Shown here: positions 1 to 12,037 of the stretch, in pieces
How the letters are laid out: each line of letters begins with the position of its first letter
How positions within the stretch are numbered: position 1 is the stretch's first letter
From: Octopus vulgaris
Lineage: Eukaryota
Direction of reading: 5' to 3'
Assembly: GCA_951406725.2 (NCBI GenBank)
Contig: OX597817.1
Span: forward strand, 32,612,001 to 32,676,000
DNA: 64,000 bases
Notes under the pieces: generated by a model
Told to the model about the DNA's origin: nothing
Databases searched by the model: none
What the model saw: only the letters and a program-made list of their open reading frames with translations
Translations under genes and position numbers: made by a program

Positions 1-400
1 CAGTGTGTAACTGGTACTTAATTTATCGACCCCGAAAGGATGAAAGGCAAAGTCGACCTCGGCGGAATTTGAACTCAGAACGTAACGGCAGACGAAATAC
101 GGCTACGCATTTCGCCCGGCGTGCTGACGTTTCTGCCAGCTCGCCGTCTTCACAAGGTCAACATGATACATATTTCTTTATTACCCACAAGGGGCTAAAC
201 ACAGAGGGGACAAACAAGGACAGACATAGGTATTAAGTCGATTACATCGACCCCAGTGCGTAACTGGTACTTAATTTATCGATCCTGAAAAGATGAAAGG
301 CAAAGTCGACCTCGAAGGAATTTGAACTCAGAACGTAAAGACGGACGAAATGCCGCTAAGCATTTTACTCGGTGTGTTAACAATTCCACTAGCTCGCCCC
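1..400 (-). mobile_element. Two adjacent copies of tRNA-derived SINE family A (Meta-domain-like)
   Basis: Minus strand reads GGCGAGCTGGCAGAAACGTTAGC head, B box GAGTTCAAATTCC, then GAGGTCGACTTTGCCTTTCATCCTTTCGGGGTCGATAAATTAAGTACC. More than 10 copies in the window. Meta-domain assignment is from memory. Confidence 0.9.
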
Positions 401-859
401 CTCTTGTTTCTCATCTTTATATATATATATATTTTTTTTCTTCTTTTACTTGTGTCAGTCATTAGACTGCAGCCATGCTGGGGCACCGCCTTGAAGAATG
501 AATTGACACCAGTACTTTTTTTTGTCGAACTTAGTTACGAGGATGTAAACTCACCAACACCGGTTGTCAAGCGGTGGTGGTGGAACAAACGCGCGCGCGC
601 GCACACATACACACATTAAAATTAATATTTAGCGCCAACGCACGAGACTCGGATCCTGAGTCACCCTTGATTCTGCTAAATACTAATAAAAATATACATA
701 TACTCATATTTTTGAGTTCTATTTTCCCTGTTTGCATCACCATACTTATATATATGATACACACACACACACACACACATAATCCAAAGATGAGATCCAA
801 TGATTCTTAGTATAGAAGACAATGCTCAAGTGATTCAAACAGAGACTCCGGTGTTTTTA

Positions 860-1016
860 CAGGGGCAGAACTAGGGAGGGGGGCTGAGGGTCACGTGCCC
901 CCTTCAAGAAAATAAGTGCGCCCTTCTAAATAATGTTATTACGCCTTTCTCTCCTAGAATTGTATTCCCTTCTGACCTTGTGCCCTCCCTTTGAAAAATT
1001 CCTGGAACCGCGCCTG
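860..1016. mobile_element. Short MITE (hAT/Harbinger-like)
   Basis: Imperfect TIRs CAGGGGCAGAACTAGG / CCTGGAACCGCGCCTG; no clean TSD. Confidence 0.5.
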
Positions 1017-1112
1017 CTTTACAAGAGATCAATGGCTATACAAAGGATCAAATTCAGCAGATATAGAGGGTTATATTTAATATATCTAATTTGTTTATCC
1101 GCATAATTGGCC

Positions 1113-1150
<38 letters not shown>

Positions 1151-1245
1151 GTGCGTGCGTGCGTGTGTGTGTGTGTATGTGTGTGTGTGTGCGTGCGCGC
1201 GTGTGTGTGTGAGGTTGAGTAAAAAGTAAGCAACGTTTTGAACCA

Positions 1246-1617
1246 GCGCGGGAGTGGCTGTGTGGTAAGTAGCTTGTTTACCAACCACATGGTTCCGGGT
1301 TCAGTCTTCTACTATAGCCTTGTGAGTGGATTTGGTAGACGGAAACTGAAAAGAAGTCCGTCGTATATATGTATATGTATATATGTATGTGTGTGTTTGT
1401 GTGTCTGTGTTTGTCCCTTAGCATTGCTTGACAACCGATGCTGGTGTGTTTATGTCCCCGTTACCTAGCGGTTCGGCAAAAGAGCCCCGATAGAATAAGT
1501 ACTGGGCTTACAAAAGAATAAGTCCTGGGGTCGAGTTGCTCGATTAAAGGCGGTGCTCCAGCAAGGCCACAGTCAAATGACTGAAACAAGTAAAAGAGTT
1601 AAAAGAGTAAAGAGAGT
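1246..1617 (+). mobile_element. tRNA-derived SINE family B (CORE-like), internally deleted
   Basis: GGAGTGGCTGTGTGGTAAG...GGTTCAGTC head, internal (TA/TG)n, AAAGAGT tail; matches fuller copies at 59499 and 62822. Confidence 0.9.
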
Positions 1618-1639
1618 ATGAAGAATTTGTATCAGATTT

Positions 1640-2097
1640 TTGCTTAACCTTTAACCTTGCCCAAAAGACAGCCAAAAAATCGGTGTTGTATAGAACATAC
1701 AACGCAAGACTGCATCGGATAGATATGGCTACGAGAGCTGAAGTGGAAAGGACTCTGCAGCTTATTTGGAAAGAGGTGAATTACCTAGCTAGAGGGAGAA
1801 AGTTCGCAACAGTGGAGGTGTGGCTTTCATCCGAGGCTGTGGCCAGGCAGCATGCCGTTACTCCTCTCAAGACGGAAGAGGTGGTTCTTCTACCCATTTT
1901 ACCTGGAAAGACGTGCTTCTCGGGTAAGGGTAGATGAGATCCCCCCTGAGGTGGATGTTGCCAAGCTCGTAGCCGCCATCCTACTTGGTGTGGAGGACTA
2001 GATTGTGGTTCTCCAGGCAAAAAGAGCGCCGACGAGAAATTGGCAAGGACAGGGCCTGGAAATGGTAATCCAGGCCGCCCCGGAATATCTAGAAAGC
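1640..2097 (+). pseudogene. Degenerate GC-rich coding fragment, probably a LINE ORF1 (gag/RRM-like)
   Basis: Reading ...VLYRTYNARLHRIDMATRAEVERTLQLIWKEV...RVRVDEIPPEVDVAKLVAAILLG... with one frameshift and one stop; truncated by SINEs on both sides. Confidence 0.45.
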
Positions 2098-3536
2098 TTC
2101 CGTCAACCAAATCCACTCACAATGCTTTCGTCGGCTCCATGCTATAGTAGAGGATACGTGTCCAAAGTATCACGCTGTGGGACTGAACCCAGAACCAAGT
2201 GGTTGGGAAGCAAGCAACATGGTTCTGCGCCTTATATTAAATGTTTAATAAAAGTCTTGGTTTCAGATTTTCGCACAAGTCAGCAATTTCGGGTGGGGGT
2301 TAAGTCGATTACACCAACGCCAGTTCAACTGGTACTTATTTTATCGACTCCGAAAGGGATCGAAGACAAAGTCGACCTCGGCGGAATTTGAACTCAAAAC
2401 ATAAAGACGGATGAAATGCAGCTAAGCATTTTATCCGGCATGCTAACGATTCTGTCAGCTTGCCGCCTTGTTTCTTATATTAAAGCCTTAATGTAAATAT
2501 TGTTGTTGTTGCCTCTTAGTATTAGTGTATGTACTATTCATTGGTTTAAAAATTACGTTCAGAAAAAAAAAATCAAAATACTGGCGCAGATATGAACTTA
2601 AAACTTATCAGCTATTAAACTAAACAAGCTGTTATTGCTGGAATTGCTATTTGCTACTATGAAAAAGTTCACAGAAACATATTTTTTAGTCAAGCTCCCT
2701 AATTTATTTTAGACCTTAGAATTTTTAAGTAATCTAAATATTTTTGGAGGATTGTAGCTGGCACAATATAGCTGGTAAAGTGTTTTGTTCAAATGTTCAA
2801 ATTCTGTTGGGGTTTACTTAACTTCTCACCCTTCTGAAATCGATAAAATATGTACAAATAATATATACAGAAAGGGATTCACATTGAATTGAATGCCTTC
2901 CCCCTAAATATTATAGCATTGTCTCGATTATAAGTAATCAATATGTTCAGCTTTTAAATAAGGGAATAATACTAAACTTGCAATTACGAATATGCTGCGC
3001 TAAACTAATTTGTATAATCGCGTTTGCTCCAACCATGATTTCTAGCTCTTCTGCCATGCAACTTTCAATTGTTCTTTATTAACTCATTTAAGCGTTTTCC
3101 AGCAAACAAATGCGTTTGCGTTGTGGTTTGTTTTTGTTTCCTGAAATTTATATAACGCTATATCTTTCAAAGCTATTAAAAGGAATTCTCGCTAATGGAT
3201 CTCTACTGGCCATTATTCCCAATTTGCTATTCACAGAAGAATAGTGAATGGCAATTTTTGAGTGATTCAGGATATGCGAGTGGTAAGCAACTTGCCGGCA
3301 GTTTGCAGTAAATGTGGGAAAATGTACAGTTAGTGGCATTTTCCACTTCCTACTTCACTACCTCAAAACGGTCGGCAAGTTGCTTTATCACATACCAAAT
3401 CGCTCTAAATTGTTCCATTCCACTCTACTCTTGAAAAAGGAGACAACGGCATTATGGAAACCTTTTACAAAGACTTTCTGGGTTAGCACTTTTTATTGGT
3501 TACCAAAAGCTGTATCTTTCATGGTTAGTCCCGAAA

Positions 3537-3921
3537 TCTCTCTCTATATAAACGGCAGTTTGTCTGTGTGCGTGTCTGTGTGTCTGTTAGGTTGTACCTT
3601 CACCCTGACCACGGCTTTCAACCGATTCTGATGAAACTTGACACACACATAGCCCAATGTCATAATTCAAAACTAACGCAGCGAAAATTTTGAAAAGTTC
3701 CCCCAGTTCTGAAAAGGATCGATAAATTCGACATGGGGTCGACAATCAGAAACACAAACCACAGATGGTCTAGGGGACGCAACTCGACCTTTTTAACTCT
3801 CAAAAAAATTTACCATAATTTTTCCCCCATTTTTTTGCTATTTTTTTTGGCTATAACTCTCTAAAAATGCTTTATAGTTATTTCCCTTACAAACCCGAGA
3901 AACGCCGGGCGATACTGCTAG
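3537..3921 (+). mobile_element. Non-autonomous Helitron
   Basis: 5' TC after A, (GTCT/GT)n, subterminal hairpin CCCGAGAAACGCCGGG, 3' CTAG followed by T, no TSD. Confidence 0.85.
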
Positions 3922-4546
3922 TACACGATACAATAAATGACGAATCGGTTATGCATTATTGCGATATTCTTATATGGTACCTAGACATCAGGATCTTTTC
4001 CTTTTGCCAGACAGAATTCAACACAATTTCTAGTTAACTAAACAGTTTGAAACTTCGTATACTGGTAGAATGTGTCAAAAGAAAACATTATTTTCACTTG
4101 GCTTTTTTGATAAATTTGTAATTCGTTTGTTTCACGTAGTTTAATTTTTCGAATTTTAACCAATCGTATGCTCTCTTTTGAGCTGAAATCATTTGCTGCG
4201 TTATCGATATTGATAAACAAACGAGGAGGGTCGTGTTGGCATGTGCTAGAAAGAACAGCCATATCTCTTAAATATCAAAAGGAAAAGATCATAACTATCA
4301 TTTACGTTGTGTTGAAACCTTTGTTAACTATACATCGTACTCGACGTTTGTTTTAAATTCTCAATAATTTTAGTTACTTATAGCAGGTGAGTGGTTTAAG
4401 AGCAGACGTGGATAAGATAGTAAATTTCTTGCTGGTGTACGGGAAGAGACAACATTTGCACTTAATTTGGGTGGACACTTCAAATCTTACCTCCTCTACC
4501 TATTGAATTGCTCTCAAAATATTTAATGAAAATCAAAGTATATTTG

Positions 4547-4940
4547 ACGTAAGGTGTACTAGCCATCTGAATGTGGCTAGCCACTGGGGGTGGGGTGTTA
4601 CTGATGCTTTTAGCCCAAGGCGATCAACGTCACCAGATGGACTTTAGACACTATCTCAGGGCCCTTGTGTTATTTGCAAAGGGAGGTCATCCTCCCTCGA
4701 AGGTAATTGCCTCTCGTCAACGCATGGTAAGCACCGGTTTTCGATGAAGGAGACCCCTTGCAAATAATATTTAACGTTTTTCACAGCAACCACTGTCACT
4801 GATTTAGAAAAACTGTCTGAAAGCAATAATAAATCTCTGAACGAGATATAAACAGTAACCGCTCGACAACGTAAGGTGTACTAGCCATCTGAATGTGGCT
4901 AGCGGTTACTGTTTATATCTCGTTCAGAGATTTATTATTG
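4547..4940 (-). mobile_element. PLE-like non-autonomous element
   Basis: TSD CAAAGTATATTTG (4534-4546, 4941-4953); 35-bp terminal segment repeated at 4869-4903; about 41-bp inverted repeat (4823-4863 vs 4901-4941). Confidence 0.6.
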
Positions 4941-5510
4941 CAAAGTATATTTGTTTTCATAAAAATAAATGTCTATGGAAAAGCTCTTCAGTTTTCCTTT
5001 TCCGATCTTTTCTCTCCATCTCTATCCTATTTTTTTAGAAGAAGAGTGTGTAATCGAAATGTTAAAGGCATTTCCTTTTCCCTGCCATTTTCTGAGCGCC
5101 AAAGAAAAGATTAATCACGTCTTTCCATTTCCGAAATTCTGCCGAGGTCAGCTTTGCCTTTCATCCTTTCGGGGGCGATAAATTAAATACCAGTTGCATA
5201 CTCAGGTCGATCTAACTGGAGTGCCAAACTAATATTGACTCTGGGTTTATTTTCCTTTGTCTTTGTGTTGTACTTTTCGTACTTATCTTTGCACTTATAT
5301 ATTTCAGATCAGTCATATTAAATAGTTTAATTACACATGGTCACCAGCTTTACAGATGTTAGCAGTAGTTCAATTTTGGAACTTGGTGATAGTGATCTAT
5401 CATCTTGTCAGTTTCAGCACTGATCATTGCTCAATTAATTCTTCAGCCTAAAATGTACATCCGTCATGTTGCTTCTGCCGAGGATTTCTTCTGTGGTTGA
5501 TAAAGTAAAT

Positions 5511-5574
<64 letters not shown>

Positions 5575-5710
5575 CGCAGTATGGATAAATGTTTAAGAAG
5601 TTCACTTCGCAGCAACGAGATTCCAAGTTCAGTCTTGGATAAATGTCATTTTCTATAGCATCAGGTTGAGCTTTACCTTGGAAGTGAAACGTGTTGGCAG
5701 ATGTACCATA

Positions 5711-6315
5711 CCTATTTCTTTACCACCCACAAGGGGCTAAACACAGAGAGGACAAACAAGGACAGACAAACGGATTAAGTCGATTATATCGACCCCAGTG
5801 CGTAACTGGTACTTATTTAATCAACCCCGAAAGGATGAAAGGCAAAGTCGACCTCGGCGGAATTTGAACTCAGAACGTAGCGGGCAGACGAAATACCTAT
5901 TTCTTTACTACACACAAGGGGCTAAACACAGAGAGGACAAACAAGGACAGACAAACGGATTAAGTCGATTATACCGACCCCAGTGCGTAACTGGTACTTA
6001 TTTAATCGACCCCGAAAGGATGAAAGGCAAAGTCGACCTCGGCGGAATTTGAACTCAGAACGTAGCGGGCAGACGAAATACCTATTTCTTTACTACCCAC
6101 AAGGGGCTAAACACAGAGAGGACAAACAAGGACAGACAAACGGATTAAGTCGATTATACCGACCCCAGTGCGTAACTGGTACTTATATTTAATCGACTCC
6201 GAAAGGGTGAAAGGCAAAGTCGACCTCGGCGGGATTTGAACTCAGAACGTAGCGGCAGACGAAATACTGCTAAGCATTTCGCCCGGCGTGCTAGCGTTTC
6301 TGCCAGTTCGCCGCC
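5711..6315 (-). mobile_element. Head-to-tail trimer of SINE family A
   Basis: 185-bp period (5711, 5896, 6081); only one unit has the full head; 16-bp TSD CAGATGTAC(C/T)ATACCT flanks the whole array. Confidence 0.9.
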
Positions 6316-7000
6316 TTTCCAGATGTACTATACCTTTACTTCAAAAGTAAGAGTCTTGGCACACACGCTGTTTGAGAATTACGTTAAGAGTACAAGTGTC
6401 TTTGAAATAGTCGTTAATTCAGAATGAGGTAATTTAGTTGATCGAAGAACTGAATACTCATCAATGAACGACAGCAAACCATCTGCCTCTCTCTTCGCCT
6501 GTCCAGGAATTGAACTCACGACCTTAAGATTATGAACCGAATACGCTAACCACTAGACTACCCAAGCCCCGTCACATTACTAGACAATAGATTTGTTAAT
6601 TGAGCAGAGTCGTTTTTCTAGTATCTGAGTGTAAAACTAGCTATATTTAAGAAATTAAAAATGAACAAGACTAGACGAGTTGAATTTGTGTAAAAATAGT
6701 ATTAAGAAGAAAAATAAATAAAAATAAGTAACTAGAACTGGAAAGATAAAGAACAAATTCCTTGTTCAGGATGAAAGTGTATTTATCAAGCAGGTGAGTG
6801 GTTTAAGAGCAAACGTAGATAAGTTAGTGAATTTCTTGTTGGTGTACGGGAAGAGACAACATTTGCACTTATTTACAGATTAACTGGGAAATCTCGAAGA
6901 AAGTGATTATTAAAAAAAGTTCAGAAGACTTTAAAATAGATGTGCCAACGATTCGGGCAGAGAGAGAGAGAATGATGGTTTGCACCTGGGATAGAAGATA

Positions 7001-7581
7001 TTGGCTTGTCAGATAAATTCGTTCGCTTTTTTGTTTTCTTTTTCTTCTTGGCACTCCTTCGTCATATGTCTGAAAAGAGGTAAAATTTATTCGGCAATCT
7101 TTCGTCTCTAGTAGACCTTTCCGTCGATTTCCGTAAATTTTTTTTTTTTTTTTTACATATGGGCTTGCGGGAACTTTTGAAGTAATGAGACCGAAAGAGA
7201 CTAAGAGAAAGCGATTGTATGACGAGGGAAGTTCTTTTGAAGTTACCGTGCATGGCAAGCATTGATGTATATGTGTGTGTGTTTGATGGGGTGTGGGAGA
7301 CAGACAGTATGTTGTGTAAGTGAAGTGCTTCTGTTAGTGTGTGTGAAAGAAAGAGATAACTGAAATTTTTTACTCGGTGTATGTGTATATGTATGTATAT
7401 TACTTCAAAAGTTCCCGCAAGCCCATATTTAAAAAAAATTTTTTACGGAAATCGACGGACAGGTCTACTAGAGACGAAAGATCGCCAAATATTTTTCGTA
7501 TTAATTAAAAAAAAACATTGGAAAGGATTTAAAGAATAAATATAAAAAAAAAAAAAAGAATGAATTTATCTGACAACCTAA
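7001..7581. mobile_element. Tc1/mariner-type MITE
   Basis: TA flanks; TIR TTRGSTTGTCAGATAAATTC; inner inverted arms 7091-7186 / 7399-7490. Confidence 0.8.
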
Positions 7582-7716
7582 TATATAAAATCACCGGTGA
7601 AATAATCCGTATTCTACTGAGTAATTTACAGGTTTTACTATGTAATAATCCATTTTCAGTTTATGTTGTCCGCAATAAAATAGGATCAAACTGTTCAGAT
7701 AAGTACCAGAAGGGTT

Positions 7717-7990
7717 CTAGTATCGTAGAGTGGTCCCGGTTTGCGCACACGCGCTAGCCAGACGTAGGCAGTCGATCCTACGAGCTGACTGGCGCATGCA
7801 CGATATATACTTGTATCGATATATACAATATATACGATATATACAAGTATATATCGTATACAAGTATATATTGTATATATCGATACAAGTATATATCGTG
7901 CATGCGCCAGTCAGCTCGTAGGATCGACTGCCTACGTCTGGCTAGCACGGACGCGCGTGTGCGCGAACCGGGACCAGTCTATGATACTAG
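7717..7990. mobile_element. Foldback MITE (near-perfect palindrome)
   Basis: CTAGTATCGTAGAGTGGTCCCGGTT... pairs with ...AACCGGGACCAGTCTATGATACTAG over more than 100 bp. Confidence 0.85.
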
Positions 7991-8179
7991 TACCGACAAA
8001 AAGAAATACTGCAAAAAAAAACAAAAACACTTATGACAGCGACAGGATGCAATGAAGGATCATGTTAATTTGAATGATTACATTGAGTAGAAAACCGATG
8101 TCAAAATGTACATGACATGGTAACTCGATTGTTAATAGATAAAGATATTGGATGAATTCAGTATTTAGGTAGATTCGGA

Positions 8180-8400
8180 GAATCGGTAGAGAATCAAATA
8201 AGATGCTTTGTGATGTATATTTTGGCTCTTTACGTTCTGAGTTGAAATTCCGCCGAGGTCGACTTCGCCTTTCATCCTTTCGGGGTCGATAAATTAAGTA
8301 CCAGTTACGCACTGGGGTCGATATAATCGACTTAATCCTTTTGTCTGACCTTGTTTGTCTCCTCTGCGTTTAGCCCCTTGTGGGTAGTAAAGAAATAGGT
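8180..8400 (+). mobile_element. SINE family A
   Basis: Diverged head followed by a near-consensus body and AAAGAAATAGG tail. Confidence 0.85.
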
Positions 8401-8639
8401 AACTTGATTGTTAATAGATAAAGATATTAGATGAATTCAGTAACTAGGTAGATTTGGAGAATTGGTAGATAAGCGAATAAAATGCTTTGTGATGCATATT
8501 TTGGCTCTTTACGTTCTGAGTTCAGATCCCAACGAGGTGAAATTTGATGCTTATCCTTTTATTGTTGATAAAATAAAGTACTGGACAATTTAATCGACTA
8601 TATCCACAATCCAAACTCGAGGCCTTGTTTGTTCCTTCT

Positions 8640-8826
8640 CGACCCATGCCTGGCTCATAGGGTCGGTTTCCCGTTTTCCTTGGTGTATAGGTTCCCCATC
8701 TGGACGGGACGCCGGTCCGTCGCAGGTGAGCTGCAAGATGCAGGAGGAAAGAGTGAGAGAAAGTTGTGGCGAAAGAGTCGGCAGAAGTTCGCCATTACCG
8801 TCTGCCGGAGCCGCGTGGAGCTTAAG
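8640..8826 (-). mobile_element. Partial SINE family C variant with V-domain-like segment
   Basis: Shares GAAAGAGTGAGAGAAAGTTGTGG with the 34468 copy; minus strand has CCTGCGACGGACCGGCGTCCCGTCCAG (V-domain assignment from memory). Confidence 0.6.
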
Positions 8827-9187
8827 TATTTAATATATGCGTGAGTATATGGCTGAAATATGTCACGTTTGATGCCTTTTTGTTGAAAAAGCAATCTCAT
8901 TCGGAAAATAAACACCGGTATTTGACTGGTACTTATTGAAAAATAAGAATGGAAGGCGAAATCGACCTCGGCGGAATTTAAACTCAGAATGTAAAGAGCC
9001 AGAAGAAATACTGCTAAACATTTTGTTCGATGCGCTAACGGTTCTGCTAGCTCGTCGCTTTATGGCTCACTAGCAATATTTCATGTTATGGAATCTGTTA
9101 CACAGCTCTAATGTAGCCGAGGTTGATTGAATTATCACAACTGTTCAGACAAAAATCTGTTTCTGAATATTTGCATGGGATATATTG

Positions 9188-9262
<75 letters not shown>

Positions 9263-9450
9263 GAGTGTATTTTTACCTTGTTAACAATTAACACGGAAAA
9301 ATAAATAAATAGTTACCAGGGCAGCAAAAATCTCACAAGTAAAGATGTTGTAACTCCTTGTTTATAAAAGTTGAAACTTCGTGTTTACGTTGAATATTTT
9401 GAATAATATGAATAAAAATGGAGTTAACGCAGGTTTAAACAAGTATTTTT

Positions 9451-9536
9451 ACTTTCTACACATGTTTCGAAAATTCCACTGATACTATTCAAAAGAATAA
9501 ATGGTATAAACAATGCAATCTTCTCTTCGGGAAAGT
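9451..9536 (-). ncRNA. Type I hammerhead motif (U4C variant) in a (TA)n-flanked element (about 9255-9810)
   Basis: ACTTTC-CCGAAGA-GAAGATTGCATTG...CAGTGGAATTTTC-GAAA-CATGTG-TA-GAAAGT; stems I, II and III all pair. Confidence 0.7.
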
Positions 9537-9819
9537 GAAAAAAACGAAACTCGTCAATACGACATTTTAGCAAAAAATGATGGATTTGTATAGCGATAGA
9601 CAGAACGCTATTAATATTGTTTAAAAAAACGTTATATGATATAACGTCATAAGTAGCTAACAGAAAGAGTTGGGATATTAATAGTGAATGTTAAATATAA
9701 AGGAAATTAAAGTTTAAATTCTATATAATGATAGCGACTACTTATATGCACTAAAAGTATGTTTCTGCCAATGCTTACATCTGTATGCTCGTTCTATAAC
9801 CGTGTTTATATATATATGT

Positions 9820-10102
9820 AAATGTAAAAGAATACAAACTGGGACAAGAACGTGAAACATTTAGAAGACGATACAAAAAACACGGACGGGACATTCGAAG
9901 CCTTCAATCTTCAGTCAAGAACCGGATCATCTTCGCAATTTCGGCTGATTAATCTTGAGATTGCTCCGATCTGGCCAGCCCCAAAGGAAAATCTAAGCCA
10001 AGCGCATTAGATACCTTGGAAGAAAGCCTCGAATATATACAAAACAAGGACGGAAAAACGGACGATGTTACACGAGTAAAAATACAAAAATACGTAAAAA
10101 CA

Positions 10103-10107
<5 letters not shown>
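9820..10107. repeat. Unclassified interspersed element embedded in (TA)n
   Basis: GC-richer block with A-rich ends between TA tracts, similar in layout to the HHR mini-elements; no convincing ribozyme. Confidence 0.4.
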
Positions 10108-10177
<70 letters not shown>

Positions 10178-10394
10178 CGCGTGTGTGTGTGTGGTTCATG
10201 CAGGCATGACCCATGTCCACTGGGTCTTGTTGCTGTTACTTCTGCCTCATAAACAAATGTCTCCGTATTGCAGTGGCCGTTCAGTGGACAAGCTGTGTTA
10301 CCCTGATTTTATACTTTTCGTACTTTTCGGATAACATAATCACTCTACTGACAGATATACGAGTGCATCTTTTTATGGTCTCTTAGACGACTCA

Positions 10395-10460
<66 letters not shown>

Positions 10461-11599
10461 GTGATTCATCAAAACATTTCTCACAAACATTCATTTACTT
10501 TTTTATGTCATCATCAGTCTGATTACTTATTACTTCTTGGACATTTTTACGGTTTTCATCCGATTGTGTGGCTTAACTTTGTCAAATTTTAGGCTTAGTG
10601 CTGGATATATTTCTTTTGCACGTTTCTTGACAAAATAAGTAGGAAACCTATGAAGCCTGTAGTGAAATGAGTTTCCTACCTCTTAAGAGAGATCAATATT
10701 TTGATGATTTAACACGGTTTGAGAATATAGGGAACAGACATAAAGGTGGTGGATACTCAGAGCTTATCTGTCTTATGAATTTTTATGAGAAATACAAAAC
10801 AATCATATTGTGGGTGAAGATTATCCTAACAAAAATGAGCAGTTTATGCGGATAATCTTCAAGTTTCTTTTGAAATAATACTGAGTAAGCCTTTTGAAAA
10901 GGTTCTAACGAATTCTTCAGTAAACAATGTCGTGAAAATGTACACGATACTATATCAGATCACCATTTAATTAGCTACATTCATGTAATTTATTCGGTGG
11001 TAGGATTAAATGAGTACTTTGATCTGTGCAAAAAAAAAAGAAGAAAAAAAGTTTTTTGTTGGCATAGAAAATTCTTGGAAAGAATCGATATCCATGTTGT
11101 AAAAAGTTTATTTCATATTTTTACAGAAAGTCTTCGTTAAATATCACATTAGTTTAATCCACCAAGACATAAATAGCTACCAATCTATTTGAGGTTAGAG
11201 CCAGAGGCGTAGTAAGAGAGAAGGGACGAGGTAGAGTAGTCACCGCTTGGATACAAGTATGAAAGGGTGGGAAATTTTATCTGGCACATTATGTTTGTTA
11301 ATTAAATTAAGATGTGCGAGCTAAGTGCATCCTTGCTCCAGGACGCTGAGAAAGAACTCTTGGTTTGCCATGTATAATTCTATCATTTCATTGGTTTACA
11401 TAACTAGGTTTGTGTCTTCCCTTAACTATAACTCGAAAACAGGGTCATATTTCGTTTTAAATATCCAGAATATGAAAGAACGAACAGGGCGGAAAATCGA
11501 GATTAACTGGAAACTGGGAAATAAACGAAACTGAATTCTGAAATAGTTATATCAGATCAGATACCTATTGCTTTTACTGCATAACAGATTTCTTTTTAC

Positions 11600-11880
11600 A
11601 ATGAATTGCCATCCACCAATAGACATACTACACAAAGCGAGGCAGTGGGGTACCAAGAAGAAATAATCTTGTCTAATGTTTCGATAATACCTGCGTAAAC
11701 AACACCTTCAAGCTTTTCCATCTGAACATGTCTGGCGATTCACCAAACACTTCGACTCATTACAGCACACCACTGAATTATTAATCAATCTCAACGATGC
11801 CAGAAACTTAATAGTACTTTCAATAGCAATTGTCATGGTGCAAATATCCCGTAGGAAGTAATTCCTTTTTGTCATGATAA
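11600..11880 (-). pseudogene. Merlin/ISXO2-like transposase N-terminal remnant
   Basis: TIKFLASLRLINNSVVCC..C...DGKA*RCCLRRYYRNIRQDYFF resembles the DGxxWRC..C..SIRxxSFF motif, with W changed to stop. Confidence 0.5.
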
Positions 11881-12037
11881 TTATGTTCGCGATGATTCTA
11901 AAAGACGTTTGTCGCCTCAAAAGTTCAGATATTTCTTCAATACAAAAGCAATTTCAAAATAAACTTTCAGTTTAAAAGAAAATAATCTTTTCGCTTTCAT
12001 TTTACTACCAGCTTCATTTTCACTTACAAGAAAAGAT

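Noticed and set aside
2988-3140. Possible minus-strand exon (TTTCAG acceptor, GTAATT donor)
   Set aside because: All frames hit stops and no recognisable product; such signals are common in AT-rich DNA.
3625-3645. CTGATGAAAC in the Helitron
   Set aside because: No stem II between the core segments; chance match.
6500-6570. tRNA-like sequence on minus
   Set aside because: A/B boxes only, no complete cloverleaf; degenerate SINE head.
9885-9920. CTGAAGA...GAA hammerhead-like motif on minus
   Set aside because: Stem II would have a 1-nt loop, GAAA is incomplete and stem I does not pair.
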